Below, piece after piece: positions 7,941-17,961 of a stretch of 64,000 bases of DNA (position 1 is the first letter of the stretch; each line of letters begins with the position of its first letter). Origin of the DNA: a virus; IMG/VR virus record IMGVR_UViG_3300027969_000074, positions 25,058 to 89,057 of that record; one strand, written 5' to 3'. The notes below the pieces were generated by a model. It had not been told where the DNA came from, did no database searches, and saw only the letters and a program-made list of their open reading frames with translations. A program made the translations under genes and the position numbers.

Positions 7941-9479
7941 TTAAGCTTTTTTTTTGGATTGATCAACTACAATATACTGACTTTTAAGAGCATTTACGTT
8001 TTTCTCGATAGATACTTTAAGTTCAGTTAATTTTTCTTGATATTCAGCAGTAAGGCTAGAGTCAGATAGAGCTTCTTCAATTTGAGAAATAGATGCTTCT
8101 AATTTAGCAAGATTTTCTTCAATTGTTTTCTTTTCAATATCAAATGCTTTAATATTAGCGTCTCTCTCTTCTAATTCAATTGAGTACATTTCGCTAATAT
8201 CGTATTTAAAGTTCTCCATAACATAGCTATGGAAAGTTAAACCTTTCATTTTCTTAACAATTCTGGTTTCTCCAAGTTTTTCAAATACAAAAATATCTTC
8301 ACCTAAGTTAAGAACAATTGAATCTCTTCCAAGTCTTTCATTAATAATGGTTTTTCCAAACTCAAGATTAACAACTAGATCTAAATTATTAAACAATTTA
8401 GAAAGAGCATTACGGGTTTCAATTGTTTCCATTAAGAAAATCTCAGACAATTTAATATTGTTAATATTTTCAATAATTGAGTTATTGATTTTTAAATTTA
8501 GAGTACCGTTTTCATTAATACCAAATGATACGGTTAAATTTCTACATTTAGCCACTAGTTCAGTGCTGTGTTCTTTAAAATTTAAAGTTGCAAAAGCTTC
8601 ACAAGTTTCAAAAAACTCTGGAAATTCTTTAACTTCTTCAGCTGCCATTTGAGATGGATCTGAATCTTCAGATACTTTGATAAATTTGTTATCAACAAAA
8701 ACGATTGCATCGCTTTCGCTAATTTTATAGAATGGTGCAATAATTGGTTTTACTTGTGAATCACTATTGCCAATTCCTAAATTAAAGCCGCCAGTAGTTT
8801 TTGACTCTAACATGCTAATTTTGTTAATCAATTGATTAACTACCGGCAATTGAGAGTGTGAACGCAATTTCATTTTTAATGAATCAGCAGTTTCAATATT
8901 TTCAAGTAGAGCCTCTTCTAGTAAAGCACATGCGTCCTTATAAAGAATTGCACCAGTAACTCGCATTTCATAAATTGAGTTTAAGATTTCAAGTTTTACC
9001 GAATTAGTATTTACGTATTCAATAAGAGATTCTAAAATAGTTGAAACTGTCTTATCATAAGAGAATTTAGATAACCCATTAAAAAAGAAGGTTAGTGCTC
9101 TATATTCTGGCATTGATGCAACTGCTTCTTCTAGTCGAGCAACTGTGTGTTTAACTACAGGATCTGCATAAATTTCGCTTTCCTTTAAAGCTTTAAGTTT
9201 TAAAGAAAGACCTGCTTCGCTAGCCATATTTTGAAGACGCTTAGTTGGTTTGTCCGCCATCTTTTTGAATTTAGCAACTACTTCTTTAAGATTTTCGTTT
9301 ACTAGTTCATTAGCAAATTGCTCTAATGTGTTTAGAGAATTTTCTAAAATTTGATCAGGAGAAACTCCCAAAAGTAATGAGTTATTAATTGATTCTAATA
9401 CGACCTTTGCGGCGATATTAGAGCTTATGCTCGAATTATTTTTGAGCTCGTTAGTTAGTTCTTGTATGAGACCGTTCAT
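7941..9479 (-). CDS. Prohead core/scaffold-like coiled-coil protein
   Basis: 512 aa, Glu/Leu/Asn-rich and helical, with more than ten [LIVM]xE[NSA] motifs and a C-terminal coiled coil. Three late motifs upstream. Confidence 0.6.
   Translation of the reverse strand: MNGLIQELTNELKNNSSISSNIAAKVVLESINNSLLLGVSPDQILENSLNTLEQFANELVNENLKEVVAKFKKMADKPTKRLQNMASEAGLSLKLKALKESEIYADPVVKHTVARLEEAVASMPEYRALTFFFNGLSKFSYDKTVSTILESLIEYVNTNSVKLEILNSIYEMRVTGAILYKDACALLEEALLENIETADSLKMKLRSHSQLPVVNQLINKISMLESKTTGGFNLGIGNSDSQVKPIIAPFYKISESDAIVFVDNKFIKVSEDSDPSQMAAEEVKEFPEFFETCEAFATLNFKEHSTELVAKCRNLTVSFGINENGTLNLKINNSIIENINNIKLSEIFLMETIETRNALSKLFNNLDLVVNLEFGKTIINERLGRDSIVLNLGEDIFVFEKLGETRIVKKMKGLTFHSYVMENFKYDISEMYSIELEERDANIKAFDIEKKTIEENLAKLEASISQIEEALSDSSLTAEYQEKLTELKVSIEKNVNALKSQYIVVDQSKKKA
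7947..7955 (-). other. A9 slippery run, candidate -1 frameshift or transcriptional slippage site
   Basis: TCC AAA AAA AAA GCT TAA; the -1 frame reads AGC TTA AGT GAG... directly into the 7651-7875 ORF. Confidence 0.6.
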
Positions 9480-9499
9480 TGAAACGTTTGTCTTTTTTA

Positions 9500-9556
9500 T
9501 TATTTATCAGCTTTTGTTGCTAAATTTATTTATCTGGTACTTGTACAGTTATTTAT
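9500..9556 (-). promoter_or_regulatory. Three tandem late-promoter-like ATAAATAA motifs (9500-9507, 9526-9533, 9549-9556)
   Basis: Resembles the T4 late promoter TATAAATA. The same motif occurs about 20-30 nt upstream of many structural genes. Confidence 0.65.
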
Positions 9557-9603
9557 CTTAACTCGGTTTAATTTAATGAAATTTACGAATATCGGTTGAT
9601 ACT

Positions 9604-11547
9604 TTATATACCAGCTATCAGATTTATATTTTGAACGCGGTCCTCTCGCATTGGGCTATCAGCTGCTATTTTTATACCGGACGCCAATCGTGCTCTTAAA
9701 TTATCATTTTCAGATATTAAGGTTTGAATGGTTGTATTTAAACCAGCAATTGTTATTGCTGGATCATTAAGTAGTGCATTTTTTGCAGCCTCTGTAGCTT
9801 TTAAAATATTTGCATAGTCGCTAGATGGTAACCATTTACCAGTATATAAAAGAGTTTCGGTACCATCTTCTGCAATTAATGATATATACATCATTTGGTC
9901 AGTTAGGTCCAAAATCTTTCTAGCTTGATCCTTAGGTATTCTAAATGCAATTTGACCTTGGCTAGGGTTTTCAAATGCTGGGTCAACTAATGACGAATAT
10001 GAATATTTTGCATCTGACCCGAAATTAAGGACAAACTTTGAATTATTATTTAGATTAGCTGGAGTTTGAGTGCCTGGGTTCAAAACGTTCTCTTCATATA
10101 CCCCAATCTTTATAAAATTATCAGTTGGGTCTATTGGTATAATTAATTCGCCTTGTCCATAAATTAATTCAGCTGAACCGTCGGTTGCTCTTAATAGTGC
10201 ATTCTTTTGACTTATTCGGATATTTGCCTGTTTATAAAAAGTTGGAACGGCTACTTGCACAGGTCTATCAATATAGGTAATAGTACCTGGTGCAGCGCCG
10301 GCTGCCGCTACTGGTGCTAATTTTTTACCAGTAAATAAGTTAGTAATATCAATACTTTTTTGAACAATTTTGTTGTATACCTTTAATGATTGGGGAGCTT
10401 CAGCTAATTGAAGTTTTGCCAAGTGTTTACCGTACTTATTAGGATTAAACAAGCTCATAGAGCCAGTTCGAATAACTTGATCTCCAGTATTTTTATTTAA
10501 GAGCCTAAGAGTATAGTCAATTGACATGGATACGGCAAAGCCGGCTTCTTTTAAAATAGGCCTATAACTTAAAGGTACATCAAAATTCTCTTCTTGATAT
10601 ACTAGAAAATTACCAGAAGGTACTACATTACCGCCAATTTGCTCGTATACTTGAAGTTGGTGTACAAAGATCCAATCATTTCCTGAACCTTGAGAATCGA
10701 GAGTTGAAATTAATTGATCCGGAAATGCTCCATTCCATGTTGCAAAAAATTCAATATAGTCGCCGTCTGTTGCTTCTTGAATAACTGCGCCTAAACTATC
10801 AAATTCGTTAGTTTGAGGAACTGAACCTTCAAAATAAGAAACAACTCGATATAAATTATAAATTTCGCCGTTATCTGCATAATACGGTTCATAACTTACT
10901 TCAGCTAGAGATACGGTAATTGGAGAACCTGCAATTAAACCAGTTCCTTCAGTTACAACCGATTCAAATGAATCTATTCCGAATTGAGCGAAGTCAGCAT
11001 CTAGATAGGCAGAGTTTGGAACTTTAATATCAACATACTTATCATAAATAGTATTTGCTAAAAATAGAGGTCTAGTGTTGAAGGTTAAAAGCTCTTGATA
11101 TGATTCGGCATTAATTAAAACATTTGCTGTTTGGAGTTGTTTTAAATTATTTAGTTTTACTCTTGCGCCAACTACAATATTTTCAACCTCTGTAAAATTA
11201 AATCCAGAAGCAAAATGGAATCGCATAGTGTCCATAACTAGCGCACTTGATAAACTTGGAGATACGCTAGATTCTATAATATTTGGATCGTATGCAGTAT
11301 ATATTGGATTTGATGTTAGGTCAACTTTAACAAATCTAGATTCTCCAATTGGTACAACACTTGAACCTCTAGCATTTTTAGTAGCTGCTGCATCTGCATC
11401 TGTATTATAAATCTGATAGAGATCTACATTATTATTCTTAACAAAATAGTAATCAGAATTAACGATATTAGGAGAAGGATCCCCAAGCGGAGTCATCATA
11501 AACTCTAATATGCAATAGTCAGATAGGGTTACAAATCTAGAAGTCAT
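9604..11547 (-). CDS. Hypothetical structural protein
   Basis: 647-aa beta-rich ORF within the structural module; no recognisable motif. Confidence 0.6.
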   Translation of the reverse strand: MTSRFVTLSDYCILEFMMTPLGDPSPNIVNSDYYFVKNNNVDLYQIYNTDADAAATKNARGSSVVPIGESRFVKVDLTSNPIYTAYDPNIIESSVSPSLSSALVMDTMRFHFASGFNFTEVENIVVGARVKLNNLKQLQTANVLINAESYQELLTFNTRPLFLANTIYDKYVDIKVPNSAYLDADFAQFGIDSFESVVTEGTGLIAGSPITVSLAEVSYEPYYADNGEIYNLYRVVSYFEGSVPQTNEFDSLGAVIQEATDGDYIEFFATWNGAFPDQLISTLDSQGSGNDWIFVHQLQVYEQIGGNVVPSGNFLVYQEENFDVPLSYRPILKEAGFAVSMSIDYTLRLLNKNTGDQVIRTGSMSLFNPNKYGKHLAKLQLAEAPQSLKVYNKIVQKSIDITNLFTGKKLAPVAAAGAAPGTITYIDRPVQVAVPTFYKQANIRISQKNALLRATDGSAELIYGQGELIIPIDPTDNFIKIGVYEENVLNPGTQTPANLNNNSKFVLNFGSDAKYSYSSLVDPAFENPSQGQIAFRIPKDQARKILDLTDQMMYISLIAEDGTETLLYTGKWLPSSDYANILKATEAAKNALLNDPAITIAGLNTTIQTLISENDNLRARLASGIKIAADSPMREDRVQNINLIAGI

Positions 11548-11559
11548 TGTTTTTAATTG

Positions 11560-12192
11560 TTATTTCTTTAGCTTAATTTTCCAGTAAATACTTCCTTGAA
11601 TTGAGAGTGTTTTACTAGCAGAGTAGCCAACTCCTATGCTGTATATTTTATCACTTTTTGTTTTTAATAATATTGATGGGCCAATAAAATTAACTACATT
11701 TATTTTATCAAAACCTCCACTCAAACCAATATATACTTGATTTTTAGGAAGTTCTTTAACTATTACAGTTTCCTTAATTTTGATTTTATTTACTTGGGCC
11801 TTCCACATTCTTCCCAATACTGAATTTTGAGAAACGGTATCATTAACTATAATGTAGCCTAATGAATCTGCTAACCGTAATGTATCAATATAAACCTTTT
11901 TTGAATAGTAGTCATTAAGCACGGCAATCGTATCAATTGATAGAGGAAGTTTAATGTATACGGGTTTTTCATGGTAAATATCTTTACCCTTTTTATAAAC
12001 TATTGTATCCTTTGGTATGTATACAGTATCAATTGTATGCTTAAGTAATTCGTATTTTTTACCATCCACTTTAATTATATCTACTGATTTAACCCCAGTA
12101 CCATCACATGCTCTCATTAATATAATAATGATAATTAATACAATTATCGCTAATGTTTTAAAGTCAAGCTTAAGTAAGTTCCTAATGTTCAT
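11560..12192 (-). CDS. Membrane-anchored or lipoprotein-like protein, possibly spanin-related
   Basis: N-terminal hydrophobic helix ending MRAC; DTVY/DTIV repeats; C-terminal amphipathic beta-strands ending ...GSIYWKIKLKK. Confidence 0.55.
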   Translation of the reverse strand: MNIRNLLKLDFKTLAIIVLIIIIILMRACDGTGVKSVDIIKVDGKKYELLKHTIDTVYIPKDTIVYKKGKDIYHEKPVYIKLPLSIDTIAVLNDYYSKKVYIDTLRLADSLGYIIVNDTVSQNSVLGRMWKAQVNKIKIKETVIVKELPKNQVYIGLSGGFDKINVVNFIGPSILLKTKSDKIYSIGVGYSASKTLSIQGSIYWKIKLKK

Positions 12193-12412
12193 TCAAGTTC
12201 AGCATAATTTTATAATAATCAGGGGCTTTGCCAGTTTCCTCTACTATTTTATCTATTAGGGCTTTCTCCTTTAGTCGGTTAGAGTCTAGTGCATGTATTA
12301 ACTCGTTCTTTCTAACCTCTAATAGATTTGCCATTTTCTCTAATTCAGATAAGCCGGCATTTATTTTATCGTATTCAGTTACGATTTCTTTTATTTCAGT
12401 TAAATATTCCAT
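12182..12412 (-). CDS. Small coiled-coil hypothetical protein
   Basis: 76 aa, start and stop overlap both neighbouring genes. Confidence 0.65.
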   Translation of the reverse strand: MEYLTEIKEIVTEYDKINAGLSELEKMANLLEVRKNELIHALDSNRLKEKALIDKIVEETGKAPDYYKIMLNLNEH

Positions 12413-13569
12413 TATTGATATTCAAGTTTTACTTTGATTTTGCCAGACATAAGAGCCGCATAAATTCCCTGTATATAAAAATCGCTACTTTGTGGAGATT
12501 GAGCTAAGTTCTTGGGTTGAGAAATTTGTTCCGGTTGGTTGGTTTGTCCAGCCATTTGATTAATTACAGTCTTTGAACTTTGATCAATTTTAGTACCTTC
12601 ATTAGTAACTGAGCTTGATGAACTTGTTTGGGGATTCATCGAGGTAACTGATGAACTTAGGTTATTTACCGCAGCTGGTAAATCTTTTGATAGTTTACCT
12701 ACACTATTTTCTAATGTTTTATCAGGTTCCAATAATTTCTTTACACTCGCTGATTCAACTAACTTATTTGATTTTACATTAACTGAATTCTTGGTATTAG
12801 TTTCAGTAGTTGTAGTTTTATCAGTGATTGTATTTTTTTCAGAAGTGGAAGGTATTCCCAGTAAAGTATTTAGCATTGACTCATTTATCTTGGTCTGCTC
12901 ATCTTCTTTAGTTGAGGTTGATTGATTATCTACTGTCGATTTAAGGATATTTGAAATCTTAGAATTAATTGATTCCTTTATTTTATTTACCGAAGTTAAA
13001 ATCTTTGAGTTCTGATTAATTGCAGGTATTTCATCTTTGCTTACTGAGTTGGGTACACCCATCAGAGTCTCAAGCATTTTACTGGTAGAATCAGATACAG
13101 AAGTTGAGCTAGCGGTCTTTTCTAAAATAGAGTCCTTTAACACCTTTGTTAAATTTACTATATTATTTGAATTATCAGCCGACTCTGATTTAGCATTAGT
13201 AATATTGTTAGTAATTGCAGTATTTGTAATTGACGCAGGTTGCCCAGGTATTTGGATAGCTGGAGCAATTGCTGAGTCTGTAACTTTTCCAGTAGTTGCA
13301 GCAATTGAGCTAAGGGGTTGAGGCGAGGTTAATTTAGGCTCATCTACTGGTTTTAGAGAAGGCTGTTCAATTTGAGTTGATTTAATTACTGGTTCAACTT
13401 GATAGTCAGTAGCCTTTCTTAATACTTCAGCATTTAACGTAATTTCACTAATTGGTATTCTTAGCTTATCGTTCTTAGAAAGAGCAGCTATTTCCAAAAC
13501 AAAACCATTACTAACTGCATTGGATGCAGAATCAGTACCAGAATAGTCAATATCTTTGTAGTTTTCCAA
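12412..13569 (-). CDS. Low-complexity S/T/N/K-rich protein, possibly tail/baseplate-hub associated
   Basis: 385 aa, TTG start, late motif at 13588-13595, follows the gp26/gp51-like genes. Confidence 0.5.
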   Translation of the reverse strand: MENYKDIDYSGTDSASNAVSNGFVLEIAALSKNDKLRIPISEITLNAEVLRKATDYQVEPVIKSTQIEQPSLKPVDEPKLTSPQPLSSIAATTGKVTDSAIAPAIQIPGQPASITNTAITNNITNAKSESADNSNNIVNLTKVLKDSILEKTASSTSVSDSTSKMLETLMGVPNSVSKDEIPAINQNSKILTSVNKIKESINSKISNILKSTVDNQSTSTKEDEQTKINESMLNTLLGIPSTSEKNTITDKTTTTETNTKNSVNVKSNKLVESASVKKLLEPDKTLENSVGKLSKDLPAAVNNLSSSVTSMNPQTSSSSSVTNEGTKIDQSSKTVINQMAGQTNQPEQISQPKNLAQSPQSSDFYIQGIYAALMSGKIKVKLEYQ

Positions 13570-13619
13570 AATAATTAATCCTTTTGGTTATTTATTAAAA
13601 AAAGAAGGACTTGAGAGAG

Positions 13620-13790
13620 TTAATCATCAAGTCCAGTCTGAATTTCAAAAGTTTGCTGGTTATTTTCACCAGATTCATTTACTAAAAATTTAACGTAACT
13701 TAAATATTCATATAATGGTAATGAATAAAGTTCGTTGATCGATTGGTTCAGCTTCACGGCCAAGAGACGGTTAGTCTCAAATAAGTTCAT
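13620..13790 (-). CDS. T4 gp51-like baseplate hub assembly protein
   Basis: NLFETNRLLAVKLNQSINELYSLPLYEYLSYV resembles the gp51-like SLxEIxxMxxxE pattern. ATG at 13790 overlaps the end of the gp26-like gene. Confidence 0.55.
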   Translation of the reverse strand: MNLFETNRLLAVKLNQSINELYSLPLYEYLSYVKFLVNESGENNQQTFEIQTGLDD

Positions 13791-14805
13791 TAAGTCTACC
13801 TGAAATAAGGAAAAGATCTTTGATCGTGAAGCTGTCTGACGAAAAAATTGAACTGGATAATATTGATCCACATTTAGGGCAGACAGTAGTTAGGGCACTT
13901 TCTCTTGAACCTTGCATTAGTTCAGCAAACTTAGTAACAAATGTAAATTTGTTAAGGTGCCAGCCAAAGGTTTCAGATTGAATTGATGCATATTCAGGTT
14001 GACCAAATTTAGACCAATCCTGTACAAGATAAGGCGCAATTTTAATAAATGACTTATCGATTGTTTTACCCTGGGCTTTAGCTTCAGAAATTCGTTTACG
14101 AAGTCTTTCAATTACACCAAGGGTTGGCATATACAAATAAAAAGTCTCATTTAATTTTGGAGAAACTACTTCAAAACAGCGATATTGCGCAGAATACCAT
14201 TGGTTAATTTCTTCAGGCATTTCAAATAACTGTAACATAGTACTCTTAACTTTAACATCATCTGACCAACCGCCGTCTTCAGAACAGGTTTGAGTACACT
14301 CCATTTTTGTGGAAAGTTCATTTTGTCCTTCAGGAAAAGTAATTTCATGGATTATAAAAATAATATAGAGACGATCGACTTCAACAATATCTCTCCAAGT
14401 TAACCAAGATTGACCACCTTTAATTTTAAATCTGGTACACTTTTCAATAATAAAATTTAATTTATCATCAATGTCCAATACGTCAGACTCATCAATAGTA
14501 GACCATTGTCTGATTTCAGAAACAGTTGCTGCTCTAATTGTTAATTCTGAACCGTCTGCATAGAACATACCCTTCGATGGCAAATTCTCTAATGGAATAT
14601 TTTTCCAATAATTATCGTTTGCGCCAGAAACAGTTGAAATAGGTTGAAGTGAAATTGCTTGACCTAAACTGTTTATTGAAGAACCTGGTTCAACTGGTTT
14701 AGAATTGATTTGTCCATTTGTATTTTTGCCGTACTTTGCATCTTCCTTTTCTAAAAAGGCCAATGCTTCATCCTCCACAATCGGAGTGTTAGTGTCTTCT
14801 GCCAT
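13777..14805 (-). CDS. T4 gp26-like baseplate hub assembly chaperone
   Basis: LPSKGMFY...LTIRAATVSEI motif, CTQTC and CPKC zinc-ribbon cysteines. Confidence 0.65.
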   Translation of the reverse strand: MAEDTNTPIVEDEALAFLEKEDAKYGKNTNGQINSKPVEPGSSINSLGQAISLQPISTVSGANDNYWKNIPLENLPSKGMFYADGSELTIRAATVSEIRQWSTIDESDVLDIDDKLNFIIEKCTRFKIKGGQSWLTWRDIVEVDRLYIIFIIHEITFPEGQNELSTKMECTQTCSEDGGWSDDVKVKSTMLQLFEMPEEINQWYSAQYRCFEVVSPKLNETFYLYMPTLGVIERLRKRISEAKAQGKTIDKSFIKIAPYLVQDWSKFGQPEYASIQSETFGWHLNKFTFVTKFAELMQGSRESALTTVCPKCGSILSSSIFSSDSFTIKDLFLISGRLNELI

Positions 14806-14825
14806 TAAATACTTTGTTTATTAAA

Positions 14826-15278
14826 TTATATCAAAAACTCTAGAAAGGTTTTTGCTAGATGTGAATTGGACTCATTCAGTTTAGATAGAGTCTCTGGATA
14901 AACCTCAACTAATTTCATTGAATTAGTATCTCTAATGAAAGCCCTAATTGTTTTGTGCTTAGTATCGATTTTAAAACTATCGAATTTTCCAATAATACTA
15001 TCTGGATTACCTTTGGCATTTTTAAAGGTTGAGTTAACAACTACTCCTCCAATGCGTGAACCTTTTTTAAATAAGTTATTAAGCTTCTTTATTTCTTGGT
15101 CAAAATCATCAACTTCAATTTGTTGAGGTAATGATAGATCGGATAGAGGTAATAGATGAACTGATATACCGTTTGTAAAACCGCTACGATTTGACACAAA
15201 GCTAAAGTCACCTCTTCCGTAAAAAGGCAGGCCTTTCATTGCTTGTTGTCTTTGACCGAAGGTTAATACTGGTACCAT
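14826..15278 (-). CDS. Hypothetical protein
   Basis: 150 aa; C-terminal LNES...KTFLEF (CTS-like motif). Confidence 0.6.
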   Translation of the reverse strand: MVPVLTFGQRQQAMKGLPFYGRGDFSFVSNRSGFTNGISVHLLPLSDLSLPQQIEVDDFDQEIKKLNNLFKKGSRIGGVVVNSTFKNAKGNPDSIIGKFDSFKIDTKHKTIRAFIRDTNSMKLVEVYPETLSKLNESNSHLAKTFLEFLI

Positions 15279-15610
15279 TATCTGCTAAAAGTAGAAGGAA
15301 TTGCAAGTAGTACTACTGTAACTCCACTATCGACTGTTATTTTTGAAATTACTGAATAGAATGTATCACCGGCATTAAGTCTAATATCTACTCCATCTCC
15401 AGTTATTCCCTGGGCCGCAGTTTTTACATTTACCGAAATTGCTGAACTGCCTGGATTATGAATTCCAAAAAATGTATCAGTATAATAGCCTACTCCAGTA
15501 TCTAAATCAGTAATATTTCTAGAACTTTGATTAACAAAGACTGGCGTATAATCAGTTCCATTATCTGCATCTGTGTGGGTTTTTAAAATTTTAGCAATAG
15601 TATTATTCAT
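15278..15610 (-). CDS. Hypothetical small beta-rich protein
   Basis: 110-aa ORF whose stop overlaps the next start. Confidence 0.6.
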   Translation of the reverse strand: MNNTIAKILKTHTDADNGTDYTPVFVNQSSRNITDLDTGVGYYTDTFFGIHNPGSSAISVNVKTAAQGITGDGVDIRLNAGDTFYSVISKITVDSGVTVVLLAIPSTFSR

Positions 15611-15625
15611 TTGGTTTTAATATTT

Positions 15626-16345
15626 TTAGCAAGCACAATTGTTTGGATCGTTATTGCTTTTTACATAGACTATTAAACCTGATACCTTAATACTGAAATT
15701 AGGATTAGGATTAGTTATCTCTATCTTATTTATTAGGTTATTTGCGTTAAGTGTCTCAGGGTTACTGAAATGAGAAAAGAATTGAGAAACCGGTAAAGTA
15801 ATATCGCTGATTGCGCCATTATTAAAAGCTCCTAATAATATGTTACTTGACATGTTTGCTGGAAGAACAGTTTCTCCCATTTTATCAGTCTTTGGATACT
15901 CGATATACAATAGACAGCCTCGGCTATAGGTTTTATCGTTTGTTAAAATATAATATTCTGGAGATAAATTGGTACCAGCATGAGGAATACGCTCGGTGTT
16001 TAACCCAAATGGATAGTCTAGGTCAACTGAAATAAAATCGCCTGGATGAGCTGGGTCTGGATCCCCTGGAATAACTGAGCTAATTTGATTCCCTAAATCA
16101 TTATCAAACACTGATAAAGTATCGCCTGCGCAAACTTCAAAGTTAATTACTTGATAACTATCAACTGGATAAAGAAAGTCCTTTAGATTACATAAGCTTG
16201 CTTCAGACTGCCCTTTATTGTAGATATTAAAACATTTGTCTAATAACTTTAAGACCTTTTTAGTTGGGTCACCTGCACATAGATTCGCAAAAGAATTATT
16301 AAATCTTTTTGCAATTGGATCATCTTGAAAATTAATATAGGCCAT
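15626..16345 (-). CDS. Hypothetical protein
   Basis: 239-aa ORF ending in CAC. Confidence 0.6.
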   Translation of the reverse strand: MAYINFQDDPIAKRFNNSFANLCAGDPTKKVLKLLDKCFNIYNKGQSEASLCNLKDFLYPVDSYQVINFEVCAGDTLSVFDNDLGNQISSVIPGDPDPAHPGDFISVDLDYPFGLNTERIPHAGTNLSPEYYILTNDKTYSRGCLLYIEYPKTDKMGETVLPANMSSNILLGAFNNGAISDITLPVSQFFSHFSNPETLNANNLINKIEITNPNPNFSIKVSGLIVYVKSNNDPNNCAC

Positions 16346-16360
16346 TCATAGTAGACTTTT

Positions 16361-17134
16361 TTAAGGACGATCGTTAAACATTATTTTACCAGAACCTGGA
16401 TTACTCCCTCTAGCTAATTCTTTGTCTATTTTTCGTTCTCTTTGTATATTATTATCTACCTTAGGTTCTTCCGCAATTTCTTGAACATCAACTGCAGTTT
16501 TAGAAACCTCATTTAGGTCAGGTTCATTAATTTCAGCTGGTTTAACATCCGGCATTTCAATACTGATTTTAGAAAGATATGACGGTTCAGCTGGTTGAGT
16601 AGTAGTTTCAACCGGCTGTTCAGCTATAATAGCTGGAGTTTCTTTAGCTACTTGAGTAACGGCATCAGTAATTTGAGGATTAACAATCTCACCTACTTTA
16701 TTATCAGGTTTAATATAGTCAACTAATGATTTAATAAATCCAAGTGCAACAATTGGTAAAATTGCGCCGCTTACAATAGACAGAACTCGTTTTTGATAAA
16801 TTAGCTCTTCCTCAACTAGTCCAAATAATTCTATCCAACCTTGGAAATTGGTTAAATGAACGTATGCGTAATACATATTTCCCATTGCCTGCATTGCAGT
16901 CAATAGTATGAAAAGTCCCCAAACAATACCCTTATTCATTTTATCAAGGGTAATAATTGAGGCAAGTGACGCTGCTGCTCCAACCTCAAATGCAATTGCT
17001 AGACTTATTGCTAGCCACTTAGGATTAGACATGCTAAAGAAATCAATAACGTGAATTGTTGAAATTATTGAAACTAGCAAGTATAACGTAACAAACGTAC
17101 CTATTATAAAATAACTAACTGCCTTCTTGCTCAT
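16361..17134 (-). CDS. Multi-pass membrane protein (about 4 TM helices) with acidic tail
   Basis: Four hydrophobic segments in the first ~135 aa, then a P/E/Q-rich tail. Confidence 0.7.
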   Translation of the reverse strand: MSKKAVSYFIIGTFVTLYLLVSIISTIHVIDFFSMSNPKWLAISLAIAFEVGAAASLASIITLDKMNKGIVWGLFILLTAMQAMGNMYYAYVHLTNFQGWIELFGLVEEELIYQKRVLSIVSGAILPIVALGFIKSLVDYIKPDNKVGEIVNPQITDAVTQVAKETPAIIAEQPVETTTQPAEPSYLSKISIEMPDVKPAEINEPDLNEVSKTAVDVQEIAEEPKVDNNIQRERKIDKELARGSNPGSGKIMFNDRP

Positions 17135-17424
17135 TATTTAGCAGATTCTAATTTTTTAATTTCTGAATCAATTTCAGATTGACGATTAACATCAAGGATT
17201 TTACGATCAGTCGATTGGATCATGCGTTTTTCAGCTTTTAATCCTTCAATTTCGAGGTACTTATTAAGCTCTTTAGTAGTACAAATTGAATCTAGTTGAG
17301 AATTTGTAATTTTTTCCTGTTTTTCAATTTTAGAAAGTCTACTGGAATTATTACATTGTTGAACAAACACTATTAGCATAAATGCCAATATAAATTTTTC
17401 AAAATGAAGTTTAATAAAATTCAT
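17134..17424 (-). CDS. Signal-anchored or lipoprotein-like coiled-coil protein
   Basis: FILAFMLIVFVQQC followed by a coiled coil; late motif at 17445-17452. Confidence 0.6.
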   Translation of the reverse strand: MNFIKLHFEKFILAFMLIVFVQQCNNSSRLSKIEKQEKITNSQLDSICTTKELNKYLEIEGLKAEKRMIQSTDRKILDVNRQSEIDSEIKKLESAK

Positions 17425-17452
17425 GGTTAAAATATCTTTTTTGGTTATTTAT

Positions 17453-17959
17453 TTACTTGGTAGTTAGTTTATTTGTTATCCACAGTTGCACATCAGCATT
17501 ATTGTGATAAACCCATAGCCCGGTGCTAATTGCATAATATAAAGCAGCACCAAACACGATAACTCTAAAGAAATCTGATCTTTCTGAGAAAACTTTACAC
17601 TTTACCCAAACTAAATAGGCATAATAATCAGCAGATTTAATCCGTTTGGTTGAAATATCAACTATTTCAGTAAGATTTAGGTCTGCAAATTTATTTTGAA
17701 ATTTAGCAACTGAGTCAAATACTCTACTTTTTTCAAGATCAATTAAATCGCCAGTTGCCAATAGGGTTTCTGGCTCCAAGTTAATAACATAATATACACG
17801 CTTGAGTAAATCAGCTCTCATTTTAAAGCCTTTAATAAAACCTGACTCTTCCAGCTCAGTTATTTTCTTTCTATAAAAAAGATAATTGCTGATGTCTTTT
17901 GCAATTAATTTAGCTGACCTAAATGCATCAACTGGGTTTAAATAGTTAAGTAGTTTCAT
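17453..17959 (-). CDS. Hypothetical protein with C-terminal TM helix
   Basis: 168 aa; VIVFGAALYYAISTGLWVY. Confidence 0.6.
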   Translation of the reverse strand: MKLLNYLNPVDAFRSAKLIAKDISNYLFYRKKITELEESGFIKGFKMRADLLKRVYYVINLEPETLLATGDLIDLEKSRVFDSVAKFQNKFADLNLTEIVDISTKRIKSADYYAYLVWVKCKVFSERSDFFRVIVFGAALYYAISTGLWVYHNNADVQLWITNKLTTK

Positions 17960-17961
17960 AA

